A stretch of DNA of 64,000 nt, from assembly GCF_020745735.1 (NCBI RefSeq), contig NC_083421.1:57713001-57777000 (forward strand), written 5' to 3'. Every line of letters begins with the position of its first letter. Position 1 is the first letter of the stretch. The DNA is from Hemiscyllium ocellatum. Its lineage: Eukaryota. Positions 12,135 to 25,321 of this stretch are shown here, piece by piece. A program made the translations under genes and the position numbers. The notes under the pieces are model-generated. The model saw only the letters and a program-made list of their open reading frames with translations. It had not been told where the DNA came from and did not search any database.

Positions 12135-12637
12135 TGTGCTCTCCGGACCAACCAACCCAACCACCCCGTGGCTCAACACTTTAACTCTCCCTCCCACTCC
12201 ACCGAGGACATGCAGGTCCTTGGACTCCTCCACCGGCAAAACATAACAACACGACGGTTGGAGGAAGAGCACCTCATCTTCCGCCTGGGAACCCTCCAAC
12301 CACAAGGGATGAACTCAGATTTCTCCAGTTTCCTCATTTCCCCTCCCCCCACCTTGTCTCAGTCGGTTCCCTCAACTCAGCACCGCTCTCCTAACCTGCA
12401 ATCTTCTTCCTAACCTCTCCGCCCCCACCCCACTCCGGCCTATCACCCTCACCTTGACCTCCTTCCACCTATCACATCTCCATCGCCCTCCCCCAAGTCC
12501 CTCCTCCCTACCTTTTATCTTAGCCTGCCTGGCACCCTCTCCTCATTCCTGATGAAGGGCTTATGCCCGAAGCGTCGAATTTCCTATTCCTTGGATGCTG
12601 CCTGACCTGCAGTGCTTTAACCAGCAACACATTTTCA
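12135..12637 (+). mobile_element. 3' part of a Penelope-like element (Neptune-type): GIY-YIG C-terminus, 3' UTR and hammerhead-bearing pLTR
   Basis: Encodes HPVAQHFNSPSH...RRLEEEHLIFRLGTLQPQGMN, then a C-rich UTR, then attc-CTGATGA-AGGGCTTATGCCC-GAAGCGTC-gaat (12545-12580) and the family-A arm. Confidence 0.85.
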
Positions 12638-14043
12638 ACAACAACCTCTCTCTCTCCATGCTAATCAGATTAGTTGAGTATCATCTCATAAGTTCAAAAT
12701 AATTATAAGGCAACACTGGAGCTTATCACAGTATCCATAGAGAAAGTCATCGATTGTGGGGATAAAAAAACCTAGGAACAAGAAATTCATTTCACTAAAG
12801 CTGATCATACTGTGTCTCTCAATCCCTTCTCTTTCCGAAGGCACCTGTGATCCAGATTCCAGCCTCCGTATTTCCATAAAGTTTTGACTACGTGAGTTCT
12901 GCTTGCCTTCTCCATCTCAGTCTTGCAGTATTAACAACCCATTAATGGCTTATGAAATTCCTTTTAGCGTTTAACAGGTTTGAGACTATGCAAAGAGAAA
13001 GTGTATATAAATGCTTCAGTGTCAGCTCCTGACATTGTATATGGCAATTCATGACAACTGTTATGTTTTGAGTGCATCATTCGTGTTGTGAGGGGAAGCA
13101 GTCTAAGCCTTTTAGCGTCTTTCACACAAACTGAGCTGCACACTTCACCAGTAAAAACATGTAATTGACTTACTGCTTTGCATATGTCTTCCTGCAGAAC
13201 ATATTGGATTTAGATTAGAGCCTTTCAAGAAAGGAAGATCAGTGCAGAAGGGTAAAATATAAACTGGAACAGATTTATGTCAAAAGATGTTCTTGACAAA
13301 AAGAACGAGTATCCATTAATACAAAAAAAAATGATTGAATGAATGTTGTTTTTGGGATAGGTTTCAACAGCAACGTCAATCTTTCTATACCTTGGTGTCA
13401 CTGATGGATGTGTTGTGTATTTCGAACATTTTATTTTTATTTTCAGTTTTGCCAGGACTTGTTTTGTTTGCTTAATTAAACCCTTTCACTGGTCACCTAG
13501 TTTCACTAGATTTCCCATGCATTTTCCTTCAAATATGATTTCTTTTCCCCCTTACTTTTACTTTTCGGAAGCATTTCTTTTATAACACTGCAGTAGATGA
13601 CAATCCCATTCTACAGTGTGCCATGTAGTGGCAGTATTGTGAAATAAATCAAGGCCAGGCAGTAATTATTGAGTTCAGATTTGTTGTAGGAGGTACGGTT
13701 AGCCACTCAAATCCAATGAAAGATAGATTGTAGCCTTTCTCTATGTTTGTTGCGTGTAACACTGTTTGACAGTGGCTTGGAGTTTGTGGTTGTAATGACA
13801 ATGAGACTGACACACATTGTCGTTATTATGACGGTAACTTGTCGAGCCATGCACAGTTAACCATGGACATCTAGACATCCCTGTCAGTGATGTACTGTCC
13901 CTCCAAATGGTATATTGCTGCAGCACTCCTACAGAGAATCAATTAGAAATCATTGATTTGTTGGGAGCTTTATCTATTTAAGTGTTACAATTGCTGCTAA
14001 AAAGGAAAATAAAAGTTAACAGAAAAACAACAGACCCAAGCTG

Positions 14044-14285
14044 GGATGGCATGATGGCTCAGTGGTTACCACTGCTGCCTCACAGCACCAGGGTCCCAGG
14101 TTTGATTCCAGCCTCGGATGCCTGTCTGTGTGGGTTTCCTCCCACAGTCCAAAGATGTGCAGGTCAGGTGAATTGGCCATGCTAAATTGCCCATTGCGTT
14201 AGGTGCATTAGTCAGAGAGAAGTGGGTCTGGGTGGGGCGGTTGGGCCAAAGGGCCTGTTTCCATGCTGTAGGGAATCTAATCTAA
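14044..14285 (+). mobile_element. HE1-type V-SINE
   Basis: tRNA-like head TGGCTCAGTGGTT...GGTTTGATTCC, V-domain, CR1-like tail with (AATCT)n. Confidence 0.85.
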
Positions 14286-14771
14286 AAAATGCTTGAAATC
14301 TGAAAGTAAAACAGAAAATGCCGGTCAGACAGTATTCATGACAAGAAAGACACCTAATAAGGCTTATTTTTTCAGGTCAGGAATAAGTGGGTGTTTATTC
14401 CTATATTATGGTATAATTATTTGTCACCTACCTCCCCGTCCTCAAACATTTTACTCTTGTTCTCTTCTACTAGAAATTAAAACTTTGGTCTGTTTTTAGA
14501 TTTAAAGTTGGTGTTCTGATATTTATATTTTTCCTTTAATCTCCTGCCTAAGTCTAAATCTTCCTTTCAATTTATGTACAGTTTGTTTACGTACAATTTC
14601 ATATTGCTTGCTTTCTACTTTCTGCTTTTCTAACTGTGGGAATTCTTCAAATTAGTTATTGGAATGGCACCCATTCATTAAAAATAGTACCAGATTTAAA
14701 ATGACGCTGAAAAGGAGAGAGCCTGTACTCTAGGGGCCACTGATCCCTGGGACTGGGGAGGAGTGGACTTG

Positions 14772-15032
14772 TCATACAATCCCTACAATGTGGAAGCAGG
14801 CCATTCGGCCCATCAGATCTACACTGACCCTCTGAACGGCATTTCACTCAGATCTACATCTGTACTCTACCCCTATAACCCTGCTAAGCCACCCAGCCTG
14901 CACATCCCTGGACACTGAAGCAATTTAACATGCCAATCCACCCTAACTTGCACATCTTTGGACTATGGGAGGAAACAAGAGCACCCAGAGAAAACTCACG
15001 TAGACATTAGAATGTGCAAACTCCGCACAGTC
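14772..15032 (-). mobile_element. HE1-type V-SINE, 5'-truncated
   Basis: V-domain and tail in reverse. Confidence 0.75.
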
Positions 15033-15486
15033 TCAAGATTGAATGCATCATGCGTATGCAGCAAAAAGACATGTGTGTATGTAAAAATGTTAAGCATTGT
15101 TCCAAATGTAACGGTGTGTTACATTCTCTCCGGAGCCACATTCCTGAAAGGGAACCAGGTATAAAATGGCTAAATGGGGTATTACCTTGAGGAGGAGTCT
15201 CCATGGCTGAGATTTGCACAAAAGTCAATTAATTTCTGTGAATGGGATGTTGCAAACTAGGAACAATCTGATTAAAATTCCAACCATTTCCCACGGCTGC
15301 TGCACCCTTACACTGCCATAGGCTTTCAGGCTGTATGGACAACACTTGGATGGATAAGAACCCAGACAGTTATTCTCTTCTTTCAGAGTGTCAAAACCAC
15401 ATGGTACAAAGGCTTCAACTGTTCCTAATATTTTAGCCAGTCCTTTAAGTGGCACACCAGCAGTTGGGCTGAAAGTCATTTCTGTA

Positions 15487-15791
15487 TGGTGGCTCAGTGG
15501 TTAGCTACTGCCTCACAGCGCCAGGGACCCAAGTTCAATTCCACCCTTGGGTGACTGTCTGTGTGGAGTTTACACATTCTCCCTGTGTCTGCATGGGTTT
15601 CCACCGGGTACCCCAGTTTCCTCCTACAGTCACAAAGGTGTGCAGATTAGGTGAAATGGACATGCTAAATTGCCCATAGTGTTCAGGGATGTGTAGGTTA
15701 GGGGTAAATGGGTTTGGATTGGTTATTCTTCGGCAAGTTGGTGTGGACTTGTTGGGCCAAAGGGCCTGTCCCCACACTGTAGGGATTCTAT
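15487..15791 (+). mobile_element. HE1-type V-SINE
   Basis: A/B boxes, GTGTGGAGTTT.CAC.TTCTCCC V-domain and tail. Confidence 0.85.
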
Positions 15792-15979
15792 GTTTGAGCT
15801 CAACTGGAGTGAGCAAGCCAGGGGTGTGTCCCACTGAATTGTCCAGCATTCAGACCTCCTTCCCAGAGTGTGCTGGGTCTTCCTGCCCATGCCATCTCTC
15901 AGCCATTGTAAGAGCTAAAGATGAAGCTGGCAAAACTGAATAATGTCTGTTAAACACTTAACGTTTCCAATGTCTCATT

Positions 15980-16480
15980 ATATCCACATTATAGGAAGGA
16001 TGTATTTGCACTGGAGAGGAGATTTACCAGGATGTTGCCTGGGATGAAGAGTTTCAGTTTATGAAGAGAGATTGGACAGACTGGGGCTATTTTCCTTGGA
16101 ACAGAGAAGATGGGGGAGGCGAAGGGGGAACATGATTGAGATGTATAAAATTATGAGGGGTATAGATAGGGTAGGCAGGAAGAAACTGTTACCCTTGGTT
16201 GAGGGATCAGCGATTGGGGGGCATTGATTTAAATTCAGGGACAGGAGGTTTAGAGGGGATGTTAGGAAGACCTTGTTCATCCAGAGGGTGGTGGGAATCT
16301 GGAACTCAGTGGGTAAAGGTGGGAGAGCTATTTAGATGTGCATTTGTGATGCCACGGAATACAAGGCTCTGGGCCAAGTGCTGGAAAATGGGATGAAAAT
16401 TATTGAGTGACTGCTTTTGACTGGTGTAGACATAATGGGCCAACGGGCCTTTTTCTGTGCTGTGGATCTCTATGACTCTA
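15980..16480 (+). mobile_element. CR1 3' fragment
   Basis: TATAGGAAGGATGT...TTTACCAGGATGTTGCCTGG...GATCTCTATGACTCTA. Confidence 0.8.
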
Positions 16481-16539
16481 ACAGTCTTGAAAGAAGAAAC
16501 AACCTGGTCAAACATATCATGATACTCAAGGACTGTGTA

Positions 16540-17590
16540 AATATTTGTAACTCAGCTACCGGTTATCGTGGCTGTGGGGGTGTTTGCCGAGCTGGGAGGT
16601 TGATTTGCAGATGTTTTGTCCCCTGTCTAAGTGACATCTTCAGGGCTTTGGAGCCTCCTGTGAAGTGCTGCTGTGCCATCGCTTCTGAAATTTATCTGGT
16701 CCCATTCCTGTCGCTTCCGTTTATTGGTTCCAGTTGTCCGTTGTCGTGGTCAGTATATTAGATCCAGGTCAATGTGCTTGTTGATGGAACCCGTGGATGA
16801 GCGCCCTGCTTCCAGAAAGTCTCTGGCTGTCGTATGTTTAGCTTATCCGATGATAATTGTGTTGTCTCAGTTGTATTTGTGATCCTTGTCATCTGTGTGT
16901 ATGGCTACTAGGGACCGCTGGTCGTGGCGATTAGTTGGTGTTCGTGAATGAGGATTGCTAGTTGTCTGTCTGTTTGCCCTATCTAGTGTTTTGTGCAGAC
17001 TTTACACGGAATCTTGTAAATTACATGAATCCGAGTGGTTGGGGAAGTCTGTCATGACAGCCCATAAACCGACAGCCATGCTCAGACAACAACTCACCAG
17101 GACAAAAGACCCTGTACCCAACATGTACATGACGAACATAATTTCCAGGATTTCGTACAGATGACTGTACGAAACACTATCTAGGACGAACAGACAGACA
17201 ACTAGCAATCAGCATCCACAAACATCAACTAGCCACGAAATGCAACGACCAGCTGTCCCTAGTAGCTATATACACAGCTGACAAAGACCTCAAATCTGAC
17301 TGGGACAACACAACGATCATAGGACAGTCAGAGAGTTTCCAGAAGCATAGCACTCATCCACAGACTCCATCAGCAAGCACATTTACCTGGACCCAATATA
17401 CCAGCCACTACAACATACAACTGGAACCAATAACCGGGAGCAGCAGGAATGGAACCAAATAGATTCCAGAAGAAACAGTTCCGCAGCATTTCACTGGAGG
17501 CTGCAACACACTGAAGATGTGACTTAGACAGGGGATGTAACATCTGGAAATCAACTTCCCAGCTTGGAAAACATACCCACAACCATGATA
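16540..17590. mobile_element. Inverted pair of Penelope/Poseidon-type 3' fragments (family B parent)
   Basis: The + arm (17051-17590) encodes degraded AHKPTAMLRQQLTRTKDP..., DWDNTTIIGQ and REFPEA (GIY-YIG region). The - arm (16540-17020) is its inverted homologue. Both end in the family-B pLTR. Confidence 0.8.
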
Positions 17591-18904
17591 TCTCCAGAGC
17601 ATGTAGGACCTGAATCTGTACTCTCTGGTGTTGGAGTCACTATTGCTGTACCATGGCTGCATTCTGTGCTGGACAGTAAGAGCTTGCTTGAGACAAGAAC
17701 ATGGGATTGACAATTTGTTTATCTGTGGCACAATCCAAAGTATTCTTCAAAGTAGGGACTCCAAGGGAGGATACCTCACCCCACCTTCAGCTCTTCAGCT
17801 GTAAGAGCCAAGTACTGTGGAGATCTGAAATAAAACAGAAACCACCAGAGAAACTCTGGCAGGATCTGTGGAGAGAGAAACACAGTTAACATTTTGCACC
17901 CAATGACTTCTTTGGAAACACCTGTCCTGTTTGCTTGTTGGATCTCACTAATCCTTGTGTGCCCTCATTCTGTGTTACTGTCGTGTATCAGCTTTACACT
18001 GCTACAGGGCCTGCTCTCAGCTCTGCCCAGGGTTTGTCTCTGCATTACCACCTGTGCTGAAGATCTTTACAATTGTTGTGCTGAGTCATAAGAGCAAAAT
18101 GTCATTTAGCTGGTTGACAAAAATGACGGACACTGTTTTGAGTTCAGCCTTGGAGACTGTAATTGCATCTTGAGAGTTCGATATGCATCTAAGTTCAAAG
18201 AAATATTTAAAATTGACTACAAACAGACTCATTCTAAATTGTAAACCCTGAGTTCACTGCTGTGCGAATGTAGATGAGTAATTTTCCTTTAAAAATAAGC
18301 CAGTCATTTATCAGCCCACTCACTTATGTCTATATTTGTACCGTTCACTTCTCAACACTAGGGTACCAGCACTCACCATTGGGCACCCCACTCAGTGCAT
18401 CTCTCCAGTCCAAACATAACCCTCCCTTCCTTTCCTGAAGCCAATTCCTTACTGAACACTGACTTTTACCAAAGTACCACAGGTGACCAATCTAAAGTTG
18501 GAAATAATCATTTTCTGTTGGCAGAATTTTCTGCACTTGTTGTAATTCTTGTTCACAACATATCCTGGAGTAATTTGAATGCATGAGCTGTGTGTTGCAG
18601 TCCAATGCCATCCCAGTGGGTTACAAACTAATCAAAGGTGTTTAAAGACAATTCACTCAAATGGTGATTTGAGTATTTTGAATTGTCTCTCAGTGGGGGT
18701 GGTGGAAGGAAGTCCTCTGGAATCACTAAACAAGCTTTTGGGTGCTGCTAGAATGGTTTCTTGGTAAGGAGGATTAGATGGCACTTCAGAGTTTAAATCC
18801 TCTTTGTGATTTTTATAAATATGATAACCAAAACAATCAATGCTTTTTCTTTTCCCCTCACTCTTTCCTGCGATGTGGTGAAGACCAACATTTGTTTTCC
18901 ATCT

Positions 18905-19405
18905 GCAGGCCATTCGGCCCTTCGAGCCTGCTCCCCCATTTCAATATGATCATGGCTGATCATATAGTTTCAGTGTCCCAATCCCGCTTTCTCCCCACAC
19001 CCCTTGATCCCCTCAGCCGCAAGGGCCATGACCAGCTCCCTGTTGAATCTACCGAATGAACTCATCCCATCAGCTTTCTGTGGGAGAGAATTCCGCAGGT
19101 TCACAACTCTGAGTGAAGGAATTCTTGAACTGAAAGGCTTGTTCAAATACTTTTGAGCACAGTTAAAGGGGTGATAGATATAGGACAGATGTCTGAGGTA
19201 GTTTATTTACTCAGTAGTAGGGGCATGAACCCCCTGCCTGCAACAGTAGTGCACTCATCAGCTTTAAGGGCATTTAAATGGTCATTGTATTGACATATGG
19301 ATGAAAATGGAATAGTGTAGGTTAGATGGGCTTCAGCCTGGTTCCACAGGTCAGTGCAACATTAAGAGCAAAGGGCCTGTATTGGACTGTAATGTTCTAT
19401 GTTCA
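18905..19405. mobile_element. Two abutting CR1 3' ends (- 18905-19125, + 19130-19405)
   Basis: GGCCATTCGGCCCTTCGAGCCTG (- tail) and GGGCCTGTA...TGTTCTATGTTC (+ tail). Confidence 0.65.
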
Positions 19406-20016
19406 ACCACATTGCTATGGGTCCGGAGTCACACATAGGCCAGACCAGATGAGGATGGCAGGTTTCCTTTCCTAAAGTGAACAAGACTTTTTTTAATGAC
19501 AATCAACGATGGTTTCTTGGCTGCTTTGCTTCTTACATCTTGGCAGTATTTAAACTTCAAAGGTGCTTTGTTAACTGTACAGCACTTCAGAATGTCATGA
19601 GTAATGCAAGTTAATATATAAATGCAAGTCTTTGTTGTCTCTTCTTCTCCTTTGTTTGTTTTATTTCCCCTCTCCCTTTATCTTCACTCTTTCTATTTTG
19701 AAAAATACTTAAGGATGTTGGAGCACTCAAGCAGTAATAAACCCCAACCAACTAAAATTGAACAGTGATTCCCTCATTAATCAATGTGTTTATATCCTTT
19801 AAATTCATCAAAACATCTTCCCATTAATCAAATTGTACAACAAGTTGGACTTTGGTAAATTATTGCAATAATTACTAAAGGAATGGGGGAATGAGTAATC
19901 TACTCCAGGTAATGAATTGTGCATGGAGCAACAGTCGCATTGCTACCAGGTATTACCAAATAAAAATGGGAGGGAGATGGCCATGTTTAAAAAGCAAATT
20001 TGTGCATTTGAGAGCC

Positions 20017-20088
20017 TGTCTGTCTGTGTGTGTGTGTGTCTGTCTGTCTGTCTGTGTCTGTCTGTGAGTGAGTGAGTCTGTGTGTGTG
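20017..20088. repeat. (GT)/(CTGT) microsatellite
   Basis: Direct observation. Other dinucleotide runs at 4506-4526, 20413-20454 and 25198-25218. Confidence 0.9.
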
Positions 20089-21054
20089 TTAAATTGCTTG
20101 AGTGAGAGTTGAGCAAACACATTTATCCCATCCAGAAGTAAAAGGAAATGCACAGTAAGTCAATCCACTTTTGATAAAGAACACCAGGTGTTAAGTTTGG
20201 TCCTAATCCATGGAAATTGATGAAGGAAATACACTTAATGTTTCTCTCTCGTTTTATGCTGACTGATTTCTGTACATTTGCTTTCTTATTTCAGTTGCCC
20301 ATCCTTCACTCCTTGTCTTATCCAATGAATCAAGTATGGTCCTTTTCCATTCCTTTCAACTGAGTTATGACTCAATTTTTAGCCTGTTTTGTGCTCATGA
20401 AACAACCATTGTTGTGTGTGTGTGTGTGTGTGTGTGTGTGTCTCTGTGTGTGTGTTCTAAGTTTAATTTAAAACTGAGACTCTCAAACACCGTCACTCGA
20501 GACTCTTACTTTAATGCTTGTTGAAATTAAGGCTAAATGAAGAGTCCAGAAGTTTGGTCAGGTATTCTTTTGTCTTTTTTTTCTGTTCCTAGTGGAGATT
20601 CTAGGCCCACTAATGTAGGATTTTGAGAGGATAATTCTGCTTGTCGTGACTATATTGTAAAGAAAGGTTATGCGGGCTGCAAACAACATAACTGTGGAGA
20701 ACTAAGATTTCTAAAGGTAAAGAGTATCAATCACGTTCTTGGCATCTCTAATTCTTCTGAATTTACCCAGAAAAACAAAAACAAGTTAATAAAATAAGAT
20801 TGCTGTCTGTTAAATAAAGAACCATTGAAAGCACCACTCCTCATTTACAATTAAATTATTGTTGCTCTGGATTCTGCACAATCAATGGATTAAACTTTAG
20901 ATTTTCTCTTGGTTTTGCAAATAGTGTGAAATATCAAGAATTGGTTTCCACCCACGCAGTTATTTCATACTAAAGGAGAAAGAATTTTAAAAGAATCCCT
21001 CCATGGTTTCCTTTAAATATTCCTAAATTCCTTGAGAACTGATGGATAGTTTTT

Positions 21055-21443
21055 TTGTTCACTCTTTCCTGGGACGTAAATGGACGTAAGCCTTGCCAGC
21101 ATTTGTGCCCATCCCTAATTGCCCCTGAACTCATCTGCTTACTCGACAATTTCAGAGGGCAGTTAAGAGTCAAAGACATTGGTGTGGCCTGGATGTCAGA
21201 CAAGGTCAGGATTATCTCTTTCATTCCCTGCAGGACATTAGTGAACCAGATAGGTTCTTATAACAATTGGTAATGGCTTCACAGTCACCATTACTAGGAC
21301 TAGCTTTCAATTCCAGGTTTACTGATTGAATTTAAACTCTAACCAGCTACTTTGGTGGGATTTTAACCCTTACTCCTGGTGGATTAAGCTTGGTCTCTAG
21401 AGTGCTAGTCTAGTCAAGTTACCATGACACCACCACCTCCCCT
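21055..21443 (-). mobile_element. Older tRNA-derived SINE sharing its 3' tail with the 61950-62500 LINE
   Basis: The - strand head is GGGGAGGTGGTGGTGTCATGGTAA...GGGTTAAAATCCCACC. Homologous copies at about 35715-36110, 42120-42800 and 56885-57505. Confidence 0.6.
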
Positions 21444-21677
21444 GAAATTATCTATCATACAACAAGAATTGCATTTAATGTGGAGAATATCCCTTTCCTT
21501 TCCCAATTAGATCTGCCTTATTTATGTCATTAAATCATCAGAGATAAAAACTGCAATTCTTACCTTCTCTGGCTTTTTTTTTGGCTGACACCAATTTATT
21601 TTTCATTGTTTTTTTCTGAATTTCCAACACTATTTTATTCATCTGCACTTAGCTTTATTGAACGGATGTGTGTCACT

Positions 21678-22307
21678 TGTTATGGCCCAGGCCAGACTCC
21701 CTCAAAACATTTCAAGAAAGTAGCCCACACCTTTATTTTGCTAGTTGCTTTAAGCAGTGGTTGTTATAGGAATGATGCAGCTGATAAAGCCACTTAGTGT
21801 TAAACAGAATTTATTTACAAGATTACCGAATGAAATATGAACAAAAGAGAACAGAATACTGAATAACCATAACTATCCAAGAACCCAACAGATTATCCAA
21901 ACTTAATGATGCTGTTCCAAATATTTGCAACAATTCCCATAAATGTCCTTTGGCACAAAAGGTAAAATTAAACATAGGCTCTTACAGGAGAGAAGTCAGA
22001 GAAAGAGAGAGAGGACCAACATGGACCTGCTTCTTTGGGTCCAGCAACTTCACAACACTGCTGTTAAAAACCAAATAAAACCAGAGAAAAGCTGAGCTGG
22101 GAGAACTGGCCACTTCCCTTTAATTGTACAAGTGTTTCTTTTAAAAAAAACACTTGAAAACCTTTTTCCTGAGGCAGTATCTGTTAGCATTAAACTGACC
22201 GTAAAATCCTTCCAAGCTCAGACTTTTTAGAGTCTGTGTGTTTTATAACCTCCTGGAAAAAAAAGCCAAAGACACCATAACCTTGTTAAAGGAGCAGTAT
22301 TATCATA
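21678..22307 (-). mobile_element. Probable solo LTR
   Basis: Begins TGTTA, ends ATCATA (decayed ...CACA), flanked by CACT/TACT. AATAAA on the - strand near 21810. About 630 bp. Confidence 0.45.
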
Positions 22308-23114
22308 TACTGATTGTTGTAAGTTCCATTCTCACAAATCAACAGATAAGCCTAATGTATGGGCGGGGTCATGGTGCGTGACTGTTCCCCAGTACCTTTC
22401 TGCTGAGATTGCACATTCACATTAAAGATCTCCATTCAGTGAATTAACTAAATCAGTGAAACTTATTTGAAGTTAGTAGGAACTCTGAACTCAGTTGTTG
22501 GGTAAGTATAATATTTGATCAATACCATCTTGGTGAGATGGAAGAATTCCAATATCTCTGCTGTGTCTCTCAGTTACACTCTAAATTAATTCTGTTTTTT
22601 TCCATTTTGTGTAAAAATGTAATTGTATGGAAAATAATCAGTACTTGCCTCATAGGTGGTGATGTGATATTTGGCCAAGGTGCCATCACAGTTTAGTTTG
22701 CGCAATTGTTTCCTGACATCTCCGATGTGTAATTATAGGTGAATAGGCAGCAGCTGAGAGAATTATGGTTGAACTTTACTCTTCTTGTTTCAAGGGATGC
22801 TGAGGCAATCTGGGGCTGACCAGTCTTAATAATACAGGAAGTCAGTTAATGAAAGATAGAAGAGCCACAATGGATACTTATGGAGTCACATGTTGTAAAC
22901 ATGCACCTTCCAATCCAACAAGCAAAGTTTCAGTCATATCTAATGAAAGGTTCTCAAAGATGTCACTCAAGACAAGTTTAGACAGGGACATGGATTGGAA
23001 GGTTATGGACCAAATGCAGACAAATGGGACTAGTTCAATTGTAAAAACTGGACAGAATGAGCACATTGGGCATAAGAGTCTGTTTCTATGCTGCAGACTT
23101 CAATGACCCTGTTT

Positions 23115-23795
23115 TCAACTAACCTGTACTAAGATATTATTACATGTCTGTGGAACAGGTGTAACTTGAAGTAAGACTATCTGGTTCATAGGTAGGGCAC
23201 TACCACTGTACTATAATAGCAACACCCCCCCAAAAAAAAATCACTCAAAGACATTTTTAAATCTACTTTTTCGAGGAAACTGTTGCGCATCTCTGGAGTA
23301 AGTGAATCCAGGGCTCCAGGTTGTGAAGTAGGGGCATTACAACTATGTCACAGGAGGTCCTCATAGGATCACAAACCTTTCTTTCCCTCTAAAATAACCT
23401 ATTCAGAGACATTATCATGCACTTCTGGAGCAGGTGAGACTTGAACGTGAATTGATGATGAAGGGCTTTTGCCTGAAACGTCGATTTTCCTGCTCCTCAG
23501 ATACTGTCTGACCTGCTGTGATTTTCCAGCACCACTCTAATCTAGACTCTGAACTCCAGCATCTGCAGTCCTCACTTTCGCCTAGTTGGTTTTAACCTTA
23601 AACGTGAATTGTCCAGTCCAGGGGCAGGAATGCTGCCACTGTATCACAGGAGCCCCTGACAGGACCTCAAACCTATTTCATTTTCCTTAATATAACCTAT
23701 TCAGAAACATTAACACCTCTGGAGCACATGAGACTTGAATCTAGATCACCCAGTCCAGGGGTAGGGATACTATTCCTGCACCAGAAATGGCTCCT
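23115..23795 (-). repeat. Head-to-tail array of about 4 degenerate short tRNA-derived SINE units
   Basis: Recurring AACCTATTCAGA.ACATT...CTGGAGCA.GTGAGACTTGAA...CCAG..CAGGGG.AGG. A monomer homologue lies on + at 62515-62625. Confidence 0.55.
23455..23600 (+). mobile_element. Single-arm Penelope-like pLTR insertion, family A
   Basis: 11-bp TSD AACGTGAATTG (23444-23454, 23601-23611). Begins exactly at the hammerhead core. Confidence 0.8.
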
Positions 23796-25321
23796 AAAGG
23801 GTTGTAAATTAATACCCGGTCAATGCCCATCAGCTGCATGCCATTGAATTCAATTCAATCAGGATTATGTCGCCTGTATAAAGTTATTTAAAGCAGTGAC
23901 ACTGACATAATACATCAAACAGCCATCTCCTGTAATGTCTGATTTTAGGGTGTTGAACTAACATTTGAGGGAAAAAAAACACCAGATAATGTCATAAAAG
24001 TTTTAAATGACTTTTCTCAGTCCTGATTAAATTTGGAATTAAGAACAGTGACCCAGTTACAAAACATCCTCAATCTGGGGAAATGCCTATCTCATAGCAA
24101 TCAGTGTACTGCATAGGGCTGGTTAAAAACTTCTCTAATTATTAGGCACTTCAACAATTTGCTTGCTTTTCTCTTGATGAAAATAAAAACCCTTCCAGCT
24201 GTAAGCAAAAATAATCTTTTATTACATATTCAAACTCCCACTGCTTGGTAATTTAGATATGTAACAACATAATTTAATCAATAATCATTCTCCTATTAGG
24301 AATAACCAATGACTTACATTAGAGCAGATGGATTTTGATTGCTGGAAAAGCAATGCTGTTTTACAACCAATAGCACTAATAGTTGAGAAGTTAATGCTTT
24401 TTTTCAAACACAAGACAAAATTATTCAAGTTGCAACATATTTCAGATACACTCGTAGAATGTGGTGTTCCTCGTTATATTACATAGCTCAATTAATTGCT
24501 TTTTTATTTTCATTGGTTCCATGGTCAATTAAGCTTTTTCCAATACCAGATTATTAATTATAGAATCAACAAACTATGTTTTGAAGAACCAACAATTTGC
24601 AAAGAATATTGGCCCCAAGAATTTGCTGATGTGAATGATTTACACTGTCATTGATGTGCAACTCAACCAGAAACCTGCTGCAAAGCAGAAGTACCAACAC
24701 CCACCACCACCCTCGGAATTCAAACCATCACAAGCAGTGGGGCAATTTATGTTGCTCCACAAACAAAACTGCAAATAACAGTCTCTCAAACTTAGCGTCT
24801 CTCTGAGCTTTATGGAGCTGATGTCTGCACATTAATTATCCGTTAAACTGATTAAGTCTGATAAATAAAAATGAAACTACTCTTTTAATCGTGTACACAT
24901 TGTTAATCACTGATCGTCAATTGTCAGGCCCAGAAAGTGCGCAATTAGATGTGACATTTAGTTTGTGAATTATTGGAATTTCTCTCAAAGAACCAGGTTT
25001 TTCCTTTCTATCTCTTTTTCTTTTATGTTGCAATCTAATTTCCCTACTTCTCTTCCTCTATTGCACTCAATATTCAATATATCCTCCCAATAAGTCCTTC
25101 CCCAGTTGAATTATCAATATTTTAAGCTCATTTGTCAAGAAAATACATTATTAGTCCAAGTGCGATCAAGACCTCATTGACCCATGCACTCGCTATGACA
25201 CACACACACACACACACAGTTTGACATTAGAAAACAGAGTGATGATAAAGGGTTTTTTAGATTGGAGGCCTGTGACAAGCAGATTTTCACAAGGATCAAT
25301 GTTGGCTCCACTTTTATTTGT

